Made by a program: the position numbers and the translations under genes. This document shows, piece after piece, positions 50,819-60,525 of a DNA stretch of 64,000 nt. The notes below the pieces were generated by a model. The model did not search any database, was not told the origin of the DNA, and saw nothing but the letters and a program-made list of their open reading frames with translations. The stretch lies in NCBI GenBank assembly GCA_000092065.1, contig CP000592.1, one strand, 5' to 3'. Source of the DNA: Ostreococcus lucimarinus (Eukaryota). How positions within the stretch are numbered: position 1 is the first letter of the stretch; every line of letters starts with the position of its first letter.

Positions 50819-51742
50819 ATGACGACGCTGGAGGCGAGCTCTAACGAACGCCGCGCCGGCGCCGCTGAAACGATTTCTGAACAGCTCCTCGTTGAGGAAC
50901 TGGTGTCGTCGGAGTCCGAGGGCGACAACGTTCGCTCGGTTGACATACAAGCCATTGCGCGTCGAGTGCAGCGAGCGAATAGGACTCTGTCCGCTGAAAC
51001 CGCGGCCACGATCAGTGGAGAGCAGGAAGAGAAACTTGCCCTCGCTGCAGTGCATCTTTGGCGGGCAAAGATGCACGTGCGGCTTTCAAATCTTTACTCG
51101 GAGAAGGCCTGGGATAGCAAAAAGTTTCCACGTAAATTTTATTTGAAGTACAGGGGCTTCGGACCGACACATCAGCGTAGCGACTTGGTTGAATTTAGAA
51201 AGCTCTACTTGCGGTGTGCGTTATCCAGCTCCGAGCGTGCCGTTGAATTGGCACCGTTCTCCTACGAATGCGTGATGTTGAAGGCATGCATATTGTGTCT
51301 ACTCATTAGTTTCGGAGGATATATGCGCGACATTTACTGCGAGAAAGCGTTGACGAGTTGCCGGCGAGCAATGTCGCTGCACCGCATGCCGCAAATTGCC
51401 GACAACAGAGAAAGAGCCATCCTGTACAACTCTACGCAAGATAGAACGAGCGCGCAGGCGACGGAATCAAGCCGATCGGATGCACGTATGGCGTCCTTGT
51501 GGAATATGGCCATTTTCGCCGCTCACACAGTCGCGACGAAACGAGGGTCTTGGGATGCGGATACGTTGTGGGCTGACAGACAAAATTCACTCGGTTCAGG
51601 CACATCGTGTGAGCTGCCATCAGGCGATTTACCGACGAGCTCGCTCGAAGAACTCGTTTCATGGAACATGTGGGGTAATAATTGGACTGGTTTGGGAGAG
51701 AATAGCACGCTGCAGGATGTACTCGCTGACTGCAAGGAATAG
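50819..51742 (+). CDS. Hypothetical protein, 307 aa.
   Basis: ORF at about 52% GC with complex composition (…KFPRKFYLKYRGFGPTHQRSDLVEFRKLYLRCALSSSERAVELAPFSYECVMLKACILCLL…). No family recognised. Confidence 0.4.
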   Translation: MTTLEASSNERRAGAAETISEQLLVEELVSSESEGDNVRSVDIQAIARRVQRANRTLSAETAATISGEQEEKLALAAVHLWRAKMHVRLSNLYSEKAWDSKKFPRKFYLKYRGFGPTHQRSDLVEFRKLYLRCALSSSERAVELAPFSYECVMLKACILCLLISFGGYMRDIYCEKALTSCRRAMSLHRMPQIADNRERAILYNSTQDRTSAQATESSRSDARMASLWNMAIFAAHTVATKRGSWDADTLWADRQNSLGSGTSCELPSGDLPTSSLEELVSWNMWGNNWTGLGENSTLQDVLADCKE

Positions 51743-52285
51743 ATAGATATCTGATTTAATTTAGATGTATTATTAGTAGCACTCATTTTCGATCGATACG
51801 CGCATCATCGCGGAAGTTCGACAGGATCGCAACAATAAACTCTTGTATACATTTTATCCCGTATTTTCGATCGAAATCAAGAGCAAAACGCATCGTGCCA
51901 AGGTACAAATACAAATTAAAGTTTGGGCGATGGTCAAAATAAATAATTTAATTCAACAGCTATCGGCGAATAAGTCGCCGAAAGAGATCTCAATGAAGCC
52001 ACGGAGGCGAACTTCTCCTCGTATTGTCAGACTGACGCTTGTAACGCTGATTCTCCGCGTCGTCGTGCATTGAGGCGTCGATATGAGCGATCGAGTTGTT
52101 AATTATTCTCACCTGACGAACATTAATTAAAAAAGTAATTCCGATCTTCGTGTTATCGAGAATCGCACGTCAAATCTCGATGCAGACGCCCACGAACGCA
52201 CGTCAGCGACGATAGCGCAAAAAACTTAACGGAAATGACGGAAACGGGCGAAGGAGTAAAGCAATTACTTTCGATATTTATTTAA

Positions 52286-52619
<334 letters not shown>

Positions 52620-52630
52620 TCAAGAAATTA

Positions 52631-53125
<495 letters not shown>

Positions 53126-53190
53126 TCATCGAGTAAAGAATATCGGACGTCAGTCGAAACTCAACAAATGCCGTCAAACGGGACGCGTAC

Positions 53191-53263
53191 CTCGCTTATG
53201 ACACTCTTGGAAGATGTTGTCATTCATCGCTATGTTGTTTCTCCAAAATTCCACCTTGTATTT
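53191..53263 (-). CDS. GDP-L-fucose synthase exon 3 (KYKVEFWRNNIAMNDNIFQECHKR plus G). Intron 2 is 53264..53360.
   Basis: CAG acceptor and GTACGC donor. Matches [23 protein letters not shown]. Confidence 0.8.
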
Positions 53264-53318
53264 CTGTCGTGATGAGCGTGCATCGGTCAGTCCTCGATCG
53301 CTGGCGAGATTTCAATCA

Positions 53319-53468
<150 letters not shown>

Positions 53469-53585
53469 CTATGCGTGGAAACGGCATCGTTCCGTCAGTC
53501 ATTTCTCTCGTCCTTCGCCGCGTCGATCGCTCGTGCACGTCTTCGAGCGACGAGACGCTCGCTCTTCGCGCCGCACGTCACGCAC

Positions 53586-53702
53586 TTTGGACGAGGCGAA
53601 TATCCACTCCTCGTTCTCCGGTCGTTCGCCCGCGATGACTTCGCGGATGGCGCTTCCGACGAGACCGCTTCCACCGGTCACGAGCACCACCTTTTTCGTC
53701 AT
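53586..53702 (-). CDS. GDP-L-fucose synthase (GDP-4-keto-6-deoxymannose 3,5-epimerase-4-reductase, FX/GER1), exon 1 of 6.
   Basis: MTKKVVLVTGGSGLVGSAIREVIAGERPENEEWIFASSK (Rossmann GxxGxxG motif). GTGCGT donor. Confidence 0.85.
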
Positions 53703-53865
53703 CGCCACCGATCTCGACGCGCGCGCGCGAGTCCGGTGACGCGCCCCGATGTTCGCATCCAGCCGCCCGGGTCGCCGGCGCGTTTGGCGCGCGACTGATT
53801 GCGATTCGGCGTCACCGCGCGCGTCCGCGCCGCAGTGCGCGGCGCGAGACGCGCGGTCGGGAACG

Positions 53866-54936
53866 ATGGGCGACGAAGGCGACGCAATCGTCCCGACCGA
53901 CGCCGCGGCGACGAAGAAGGCGTCGTTCGGCGGCGGTGGGTTCAAGAAACGCGGCGCGAACGCGCGCGCGAACGCGCGAAAGCGCGCGGCGGCGTCGAGT
54001 TCGGACGACGACGACGGCGGTGGTGGTGGGTTCGATGACGGCGAAGACGAACAGAACGTCGGGCGTAAGAAGCGGAGTCAAGGCATCGTGGCATCCTCGC
54101 GCGATGGTAAAGGCAAGTACGAGAGGTTCGCATTTGAAGGTTCGAAGACGGTGCGGGCGCGCGGAGACATGGGGGCGACGGCGGAACTAGAGATCGATAC
54201 GAGCAAGGAGATGGATGGACGAGCGATGCGAGAACAGGTGCTGAAACAAGCCATCGACCGCGCCGATGGATTCGAGGACGACAAGAAGTATCGCGGGACG
54301 AATGCGTACGTGGACTATCGAGCCGGGTTCCGTCGCGAGCAGACGATTTCGAGCGAGAAGGGCCGAGGGGCGCACGGTCCGATGCGAGCGGCGACGAATA
54401 TTCGGTCGACTTTCGTCATGGACTACAAACCAGACATTTGCAAAGACTACAAGCAAACCGGTTTCTGTGGATGGGGCGACGCGTGCAAGTTTTTACACGA
54501 TAGAGGAGATTACAAACAAGGCTGGCAGCTCGACAAGGATTGGGAGCAAAAAGAACAGGCGCGCAAAGCGGCCGAAGCTCGCATGGCCAAGCTCGGCGAA
54601 GATGGCGTCGCGGAAGAGTCCGATGAAGAGTATGTCAACGACATCCCCGAATCTTGCGCGATTTGCGACACCTCCTGGCTCGAAGCGAAGTTTCCAGTCG
54701 CGACGGCGTGCGGACACTTTTTTTGCGAGCGCTGCGCGTTGCAACACAACGCCAAGCAAACGACGTGTTTCACGTGCGACAAAGAGACTGGAGGCACGTT
54801 TAACGCCGCTAAAGAAATCATCAAGCGCGTGAAAGAGTGCAAGGCCACCGGACGCGCGTGGGGGATGCGACAAAAGAAGGAAAAGCGCGCCGACGACAAG
54901 GCGCAATCCAATCAAGCGGGTTGGGTGCTCGGTTAA
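53866..54936 (+). CDS. CWC24: RNF113/Cwc24-type splicing factor (CCCH zinc finger plus RING finger).
   Basis: CKDYKQTGFCGWGDACKFLHDRGDYKQGWQLDKDW (CCCH) and CAICDTSWLEAKFPVATACGHFFCERCALQH...CFTCDK (C3HC4 RING). Confidence 0.85.
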   Translation: MGDEGDAIVPTDAAATKKASFGGGGFKKRGANARANARKRAAASSSDDDDGGGGGFDDGEDEQNVGRKKRSQGIVASSRDGKGKYERFAFEGSKTVRARGDMGATAELEIDTSKEMDGRAMREQVLKQAIDRADGFEDDKKYRGTNAYVDYRAGFRREQTISSEKGRGAHGPMRAATNIRSTFVMDYKPDICKDYKQTGFCGWGDACKFLHDRGDYKQGWQLDKDWEQKEQARKAAEARMAKLGEDGVAEESDEEYVNDIPESCAICDTSWLEAKFPVATACGHFFCERCALQHNAKQTTCFTCDKETGGTFNAAKEIIKRVKECKATGRAWGMRQKKEKRADDKAQSNQAGWVLG

Positions 54937-55015
54937 TAGTCACTAGTTAGAGTACGTTGATAAAAACAAGCAGCTAAGGCGGCGCAAATAACACAATCTT
55001 CGACGCGCTCGAACG

Positions 55016-55405
55016 TCACTTCGACGCTTCCTCCGGCGTCAGCGTCACCATTTCGTTCACCGCGTGCACTTGGTCTTGCAGTTCCATCCAAATGCACTTG
55101 TACACCATGCGTTGTCTATTCACCGAACTCTTCCCCTCGAACGCCTTGGACACGACTTTGATCGACACGTGTCGCGCGTTCCCGCTCTCGTCTCGCACGT
55201 CCACCGCGTCAGCCTCTAAGCCTTCCGCGATTTTCCCTCGCATCTGTTCCACGAGCGCGCTCGTGATGTTATTGCCCTCCCCCCCGCTCGCGAACGTTCG
55301 CGTCGCGCGCGCGGTCGCTCGCGCGGTCCGCGCGCACGCACCGCGCGCGCGCGCCGCGTGATTCACCCCCGCCGTCACCGCCGGTCGCACCAGCGCTCGC
55401 CACAT
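55016..55405 (-). CDS. BOLA: BolA-like protein with an N-terminal presequence.
   Basis: ITSALVEQMRGKIAEGLEADAVDVRDESGNARHVSIKVVSKAFEGKSSVNRQRMVYKCIWMELQDQVHAVNEMVTLTPEE is the BolA fold signature (H-x-x-V...HA). ORF 55016..56041 was trimmed to MWRALVRP because its upstream part runs through a tandem repeat and overlaps the hydrolase gene. Confidence 0.75.
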   Translation of the reverse strand: MWRALVRPAVTAGVNHAARARGACARTARATARATRTFASGGEGNNITSALVEQMRGKIAEGLEADAVDVRDESGNARHVSIKVVSKAFEGKSSVNRQRMVYKCIWMELQDQVHAVNEMVTLTPEEASK

Positions 55406-55508
55406 CGTCGTCGTCGTCGTCGTCGCGGGTGTGACGTCGAAGTTCGTAAACCCCCGTCCGGGCGCCCCGAATCGAACGTCCCGGCGCGATTGCCGAAATC
55501 GGGAAAAA

Positions 55509-55650
55509 TCGAACAATCGAACAGTCGAAAAGTCGAACAATCGAACAGTCGAAACATCGAAAAGTCGAACAATCGAAAAGTCGAAACATCGAACAGTCGA
55601 AAAGTCGAACAATCGAAAAGTCGAAACATCGAACAGTCGAAAAGTCGAAC
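55509..55650. repeat. Tandem 8-nt repeat (TCGAANNN) of about 18 units with a 24/48-nt higher-order period. It lies 100-245 nt upstream of the BolA ATG and about 107 nt upstream of the hydrolase ATG.
   Basis: Sequence tcgaacaatcgaacagtcgaaaagtcgaacaatcgaacagtcgaaacatcgaaaag... All six frames stay open across it, so the long ORFs in the track through this region are artefacts. Confidence 0.9.
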
Positions 55651-55756
55651 CGGCGTGCCCGGGCCCGGGTGCGGGTGCGGCCGTCGCGGACGACGACGAC
55701 CCACTTTGCGACGACGGTCGCGGTGCAGACGGCGTCGCGGCGTCGGGAACCCGACG

Positions 55757-56803
55757 ATGATGCTTCGTCGCGCGGCGACGACGTCGCGCGGCGCGGCGCG
55801 GCGCGAGCGCGCGTCCGCGGGACGACGACGTCGCGCGCGCGCGATGCCGACGCGGAGGCGAACGCGCGCGACCGCGGAGGCGTCGACGAGCGATGAGGAG
55901 GTGAAATATCACACGTGGCGAGGCCATCGCGTGGGGTATCGCGCGAGCGGCGATGAAGGGCGGGCGATCGTCCTCATTCACGGGTTCGGGGTGTCGAGCT
56001 TTCAGTTTAGAGATAACGTGCGCGCGCTCGGCGAACGCCATCGAGTGTACGCGTTGGATTTAGTGGGATTCGGAACGAGTGATCAACCAGACGTACCGTA
56101 CGCGATGGAATTTTGGAGAGATCAAGTGATCGACTTCGTGGAAAACGTCGTGGGCGAGCCGGCGGTGCTGGTGGGGAACAGCATCGGCTCGCTCGCGGCG
56201 GTGCACGTGGCGGCCGAGTCGCCGAAGACGACGGCGGGCATCGCCCTCATCAACTGCGCGGGGGGGATGAATAACAAAGTCAAACGCTTAGATGGAGATT
56301 TTGATGGATATGGGTGGCAATACAAGGCCGTGGTACCCATTTTCAGCGTCGTGTTGGCCATCATAGACGCGGTGTTGAAGGTGGAGCCGATCGCGAAACC
56401 GCTCTTTGAAAGCGTGAGAGGCGAAGAAAATGTGCGCGGCGCGCTCGCAAATGTGTACATGAATCCCAGTCGCGTCGATGACGGGTTGGTGAACTCTATT
56501 TGCGGCGCGGCGAACAGAGAAGGCGCGTTCAAGGCGTTCGTGAACATCTTAACGGGTCCCGCCGGGCCGCGTCCCGAGGAACTCATGCCTCGCGTCGCGT
56601 GTCCGATGCTCATCTTGTGGGGAAGCAAAGACACCATCACCCCGCTCGATTTCCCGCTCGGTCAATACTTTCTCAACCTTCCGAAAACACGACAGACGTC
56701 GCGAACGGACTTCATACAGTTTGAAGGCGAAGGACACTGCGTGCAAGACGACAATCCAAAACTCGTCAACGACGCGTTGACCGATTGGGTCGCCGCGCTT
56801 TAG
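55757..56803 (+). CDS. Alpha/beta-hydrolase fold protein (pheophytinase/chlorophyll-dephytylase-like) with an R/T/A-rich presequence.
   Basis: IVLIHGFGVSSFQFRDNV (HG oxyanion motif), GNSIGS (the GxSxG nucleophile elbow), and a C-terminal EGEGHCVQDD His. Confidence 0.75.
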   Translation: MMLRRAATTSRGAARRERASAGRRRRARAMPTRRRTRATAEASTSDEEVKYHTWRGHRVGYRASGDEGRAIVLIHGFGVSSFQFRDNVRALGERHRVYALDLVGFGTSDQPDVPYAMEFWRDQVIDFVENVVGEPAVLVGNSIGSLAAVHVAAESPKTTAGIALINCAGGMNNKVKRLDGDFDGYGWQYKAVVPIFSVVLAIIDAVLKVEPIAKPLFESVRGEENVRGALANVYMNPSRVDDGLVNSICGAANREGAFKAFVNILTGPAGPRPEELMPRVACPMLILWGSKDTITPLDFPLGQYFLNLPKTRQTSRTDFIQFEGEGHCVQDDNPKLVNDALTDWVAAL

Positions 56804-56876
56804 GACGCGACACTAGACGCTGTATGTATATGATGAAGCTCGCTGTATCGTACACAATCGACTAAATTCCAAACCA

Positions 56877-56898
56877 CGCGCGCGCGCGCGCGCGCGCG
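56877..56898. repeat. (CG)11 alternating purine-pyrimidine tract with Z-DNA potential, in a convergent 3' spacer.
   Basis: Sequence cgcgcgcgcgcgcgcgcgcgcg. A shorter (GC)9 run is at 62307..62325. Confidence 0.9.
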
Positions 56899-56903
56899 GC
56901 GCC

Positions 56904-57323
56904 TCAGGTCGCGCCCGCGCTCTCGACGACGACGACGTCGACGTCGTCGTGCGCCCCCTGCAACAACAGCTCCCCCGCGAACGTCAACTTTCCTCGCTTC
57001 TTCGCCGCTCGCAGCGTCCCGTTCAGCGCCTCGAACGTGTTCGCCACCTCATCGTCGCGCACGAGCGCGCCGAACTTCACCTGCGTCGCGCGATCGCGCG
57101 ACATCGCGCCGTCAGTCGCGCGCGACGCAAAGAGTCGTTTCGCGCGCGCGCGTCGCGCCGTTCGTCGTCGCGCGCGCCTTGCACGTCCCGCCCGCGTCGA
57201 CGTCGCCGAGTCGTCGCACGGCGTCGACGAGGGCGTCGACTTCACCGTCCACGTCCATGACGGCCGCACCGCGCGCGACGCCGTGCCGACGCGACGGCCG
57301 CGCGCGCGTCGCGCGCGTCGCAT
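56904..57323 (-). CDS. Small hypothetical protein, 139 aa, with an R-rich presequence and a compact C-terminal domain.
   Basis: C-terminal 65 aa is non-degenerate (MSRDRATQVKFGALVRDDEVANTFEALNGTLRAAKKRGKLTFAGELLLQGAHDDVDVVVVES). No family recognised. Confidence 0.3.
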   Translation of the reverse strand: MRRARRARGRRVGTASRAVRPSWTWTVKSTPSSTPCDDSATSTRAGRARRARRRTARRARAKRLFASRATDGAMSRDRATQVKFGALVRDDEVANTFEALNGTLRAAKKRGKLTFAGELLLQGAHDDVDVVVVESAGAT

Positions 57324-57473
57324 CCCGTCGCGCGCGTCGCATCCGTCGGTCCGTCGTCCGCCGTCTCGCCCGTCGGCACCGCCCCGCGAGGGACTCGCCC
57401 GAGGGTCGCGAACCGCGAAATTTTAGCCGAACGTGACGTGGCGGGCGAGGATGAAGGACGTGAATGAGAATGA

Positions 57474-59729
57474 ATGAAACGCGTGGGTCCGATGATGACG
57501 CGCGCCCGACCGACAGTCCGAGGCGCGCGCGCGGCGACGGTGCGTCGTGGGAGCGACATGACGGCGCGCGACGCCGCGCGCGACGCGGAGGCGGCGGAAT
57601 CGCGCGAAAGCGACGCGCGGGGGGGGGATTCCGAACGCCCGGGGACGCCCGGACGGGACGACGACGACGACGCGCGCGATGGGATTTGGAACACGGCTGA
57701 GTTGCATCAGAGACTGATGCACTTGAACGTACACTCGAGCACGTCGAGCACGAGCTCGAGAAAGTCGGGCGATCCGAGCGCGAGCGGAGACGGGCTGCAG
57801 ACGACGACGAGCGGGTCCGCGAGCGGCGCGGGGGCGTCGAGCGGGACGCCGACGGGGGTGCTGCCGACGAAGTTGACGTCGAAAATGACGACAAAGGAGG
57901 TGAAATTCGGTGCTCAGAGTTTTGATTCGCTGAATCAGTACATATTGATCAAGGATCTCGGACGAGGATCGCATTCAAAGGTGAAGTTGGCGATGAATCA
58001 ACAGGATAATCAGCTCTACGCGGTGAAGTGGACGGACTCTCGAGTGAACTCCTGGAAAGCCGTTCGCAAGGAGATTGCCGTGCTGAAGAAGTTGCATCAT
58101 CCAAACATTCGTACTTTACACGAGGTCATCGATGACGAGTTCAAAAAGGAACTCATCTTAGTCTTGGAGTATTGCCAAACGGGACCCATTTTCACGCGTT
58201 TCAGCACGGTGGCGGTGGACGAAAAGGTTTTACTAGGATACGCTCGCGACATCGTGCTCGGATTGGATTACTTGCATTCGCTGCACATCGCGCACATGGA
58301 TCTTAAACCAGAAAATATGCTTCTGTGCACCGATGGCGAAGTCAAGCTCGCAGACTTTGGCGTGAGTTTCATACACGACTTGGTTTCGTCCGACGGCGTT
58401 GAGAAACGACTTGTGGGTACGCCGGCGTTTTTAGCGCCCGAAGTTCTTTCGGAAGACGGTTACGACCCATTCAAGGCAGATATATGGTCCCTGGGGGTGT
58501 GTTTCTACAATATGGCTATGGGCAAACTGCCGTTCCCAGGCAAGACGGTGTACCAAATCGTCGCAAAAGCGCGCGCAAACGAATTAGTATTCGACGAAGA
58601 CGCGCCGCTCTCAGAAAATTTCAAGGATCTTTTGCGCAACATGATGTGCGTTGACCCCGCGAAACGGCTGGATATTGCTGGCGTGATGCAGCATCTTTGG
58701 ATCACGCGCGATGGGGAAGAGCCTCTCGCGCGACCTCTCACCGAGCTGCCGCACGCCATCGTGGAGCTCACCGAGGAAGAAATCGCGAGCGCCATCAGAA
58801 CCGATCCGCTTGCCGCTTTATTGCAGCCTTCCTTCAACTTGGTGGAGTTCAACGATGGCGATATTCTTATGCACAAAGGTGCTATCGGTGAAGTGATGTA
58901 TTTCATCAACAAAGGTCACTGTGAGGTGTTGATGGACGCGATCGGAGTTGATTTAGACACCATCGATCGAGAACGCGAGACGGACGTTTTGGTCGTGCGA
59001 GAGGCTGGAGAGATTGTGGGGGAAATTGCGTTCCTTAAAGCGATGCAAGGGATCCGAGAGAAGTCGCACGTGCACGGCTATCGCACAGCGACAGTCAGGG
59101 CGAAGGGGCCGGTTGAGTGCCTCGCTGTAACCGTCCAAGACATGTTGACGGCGCTCGGTAAGGACGAACTTTCTCGAGTACGCCTCGTGCGCAGTGCGAG
59201 TTTCAAACTCGACCAAAACGAGGAGGTTCGCCTGCAGCTCAACATGAGAACCTCTAGAACGAGCAATGACTCGGACAGGAGCGAAGAAGCGCATCCTTTT
59301 AATCCGACTCGGAGGATCAGTGTGCTGTACGCCGAGGATAGCATGCCGACGCAGATGATTGTCAAAGCCTTTTTGAGGAAACTTGGCGACGTCGACGTAA
59401 CGATCGCCGCCGACGGGAAAAAGGCATTGGATGCGCATAAATCTATGAACTCTAACTTTGACTTGATTCTCATGGATTGTCAAATGCCTGTGATGGATGG
59501 TTTGGAAGCGACGACGCGCATTCGCGAACTCGACTCCGCCAAATCTGTGGTACCCATCGTGGGCGTGTCTTCTGGTGTTGAAGGAATGAGTGAAAAAGAG
59601 TGCCGCGACGTCGGGATGAATGACTTCGTCCTCAAACCACTGAACGTGCGGAAGTTGACAGATGTCATTCGCAAGACGCTACCTGAGCTCTTCGTCGAAG
59701 ATCCAGTTTCAAAAGACGAGAGAATCTGA
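57474..59729 (+). CDS. Multidomain signalling protein: a non-RD Ser/Thr kinase (CaMKK/AMPK-like) fused to a cyclic-nucleotide-binding domain and a two-component receiver (REC) domain.
   Basis: Kinase: LGRGSHSKVKLA, YAVKW, HMDLKPENML (Met replaces the HRD Arg), KLADFG, GTPAFLAPE. CNB: FNDGDILMHKGAIGEVMYFINKGHCEV...GEIAFL...RTATVRA. REC: VLYAEDSMP...DLILMDCQMPVMDGLEAT...VGVSSG...VLKPL. Confidence 0.8.
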   Translation: MKRVGPMMTRARPTVRGARAATVRRGSDMTARDAARDAEAAESRESDARGGDSERPGTPGRDDDDDARDGIWNTAELHQRLMHLNVHSSTSSTSSRKSGDPSASGDGLQTTTSGSASGAGASSGTPTGVLPTKLTSKMTTKEVKFGAQSFDSLNQYILIKDLGRGSHSKVKLAMNQQDNQLYAVKWTDSRVNSWKAVRKEIAVLKKLHHPNIRTLHEVIDDEFKKELILVLEYCQTGPIFTRFSTVAVDEKVLLGYARDIVLGLDYLHSLHIAHMDLKPENMLLCTDGEVKLADFGVSFIHDLVSSDGVEKRLVGTPAFLAPEVLSEDGYDPFKADIWSLGVCFYNMAMGKLPFPGKTVYQIVAKARANELVFDEDAPLSENFKDLLRNMMCVDPAKRLDIAGVMQHLWITRDGEEPLARPLTELPHAIVELTEEEIASAIRTDPLAALLQPSFNLVEFNDGDILMHKGAIGEVMYFINKGHCEVLMDAIGVDLDTIDRERETDVLVVREAGEIVGEIAFLKAMQGIREKSHVHGYRTATVRAKGPVECLAVTVQDMLTALGKDELSRVRLVRSASFKLDQNEEVRLQLNMRTSRTSNDSDRSEEAHPFNPTRRISVLYAEDSMPTQMIVKAFLRKLGDVDVTIAADGKKALDAHKSMNSNFDLILMDCQMPVMDGLEATTRIRELDSAKSVVPIVGVSSGVEGMSEKECRDVGMNDFVLKPLNVRKLTDVIRKTLPELFVEDPVSKDERI

Positions 59730-59768
59730 TTTATTAAAATGTAATGTACAATGAAAGCGCGAGCATTT

Positions 59769-60461
59769 TTATTGTTTCGTTTTCGCCATCTTCTTCGGCA
59801 TCGTCAGCGCCGCGGCACTCCACAGTGCGCTCTCGAGCTTGGCTGGTGTGAGGTCATCTGCGCCGAGATCGTCGCATTTACGGTGCAGAGCTTTCATAAA
59901 CTCGTGATACCGCGCTGCGGAGTATCTATCATTTCCCCCGTTTCCGACGACGACGGCAAGCGCCTCGTCGCTAAAGAATGGAAACCGCTCGTCGCCGACC
60001 GCCATGAGAATCGACGCCGTGGCTGGTCCGCATCCTTTCAGCGCGATGAATGGTGCCATAGCATCGACGATTTTACCCTTACTATTTCTTTTGCCCCCTT
60101 CGCTCGCGTGTGCGAGTCGATACGCCTCTCGACTCGCGCTCTCCACGTCGCGTTCCGACAACGCTTGCGCGTACTTCATCAACCCAGGTCTCGTTTTCCC
60201 TCGCGCCAGCTTCCACTCCACCACGCGCACGTACTCATCCTTTTTTATGTATCCCCAATCATCGCTCGTCGCGCTCGTCGCGCGTCTTTGCGCGATGGTT
60301 TTCGGAAGTTCTTTGCGCACGAACGCATCCAACTTGGATAACCGCTCGCCTAGATTCAACGCTCGCAAGCGCTCGTCGTACGCCGCCGCGTGCGCTCGCC
60401 ACTGTTCTCGATCCCCGCCGTTCCAAAGCTTTATCGCGCCCTCGTGCGCGATCGGTGGCAT
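59769..60461 (-). CDS. Hypothetical conserved-looking protein of about 230 aa with an HhH-like GxGPATA motif.
   Basis: …AIKLWNGGDREQWRAHAAAYDERLRAL…FIALKGCGPATASILMAVGDERFPFFSDEA…. Start set at MPPIAHEG to avoid overlapping the carrier gene ATG. Confidence 0.4.
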   Translation of the reverse strand: MPPIAHEGAIKLWNGGDREQWRAHAAAYDERLRALNLGERLSKLDAFVRKELPKTIAQRRATSATSDDWGYIKKDEYVRVVEWKLARGKTRPGLMKYAQALSERDVESASREAYRLAHASEGGKRNSKGKIVDAMAPFIALKGCGPATASILMAVGDERFPFFSDEALAVVVGNGGNDRYSAARYHEFMKALHRKCDDLGADDLTPAKLESALWSAAALTMPKKMAKTKQ

Positions 60462-60525
60462 CGTCGCGCGATCGGGACGACGACGCGGCGCCACACTCTG
60501 ACGCGTCGTCGTCCCGTCTCGTCCC

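Noticed and set aside
51743-52285. A 540-nt AT-rich (about 40% GC) spacer as a possible hidden gene or mobile element.
   Set aside because: Only short, stop-ridden ORFs are present, with no repeats or TIRs. It is most simply the two convergent 3' UTRs of the hypothetical gene and GDP-fucose synthase. It is kept as context for the low-GC island finding.
55405-56041. The BolA ORF extended to 341 aa through the TCGAANNN array, and the hydrolase ORF starting at 55358.
   Set aside because: The repeat keeps all frames open, and the extensions overlap the opposite-strand hydrolase and BolA coding regions. The conserved domains begin after internal ATGs at 55405 and 55757.
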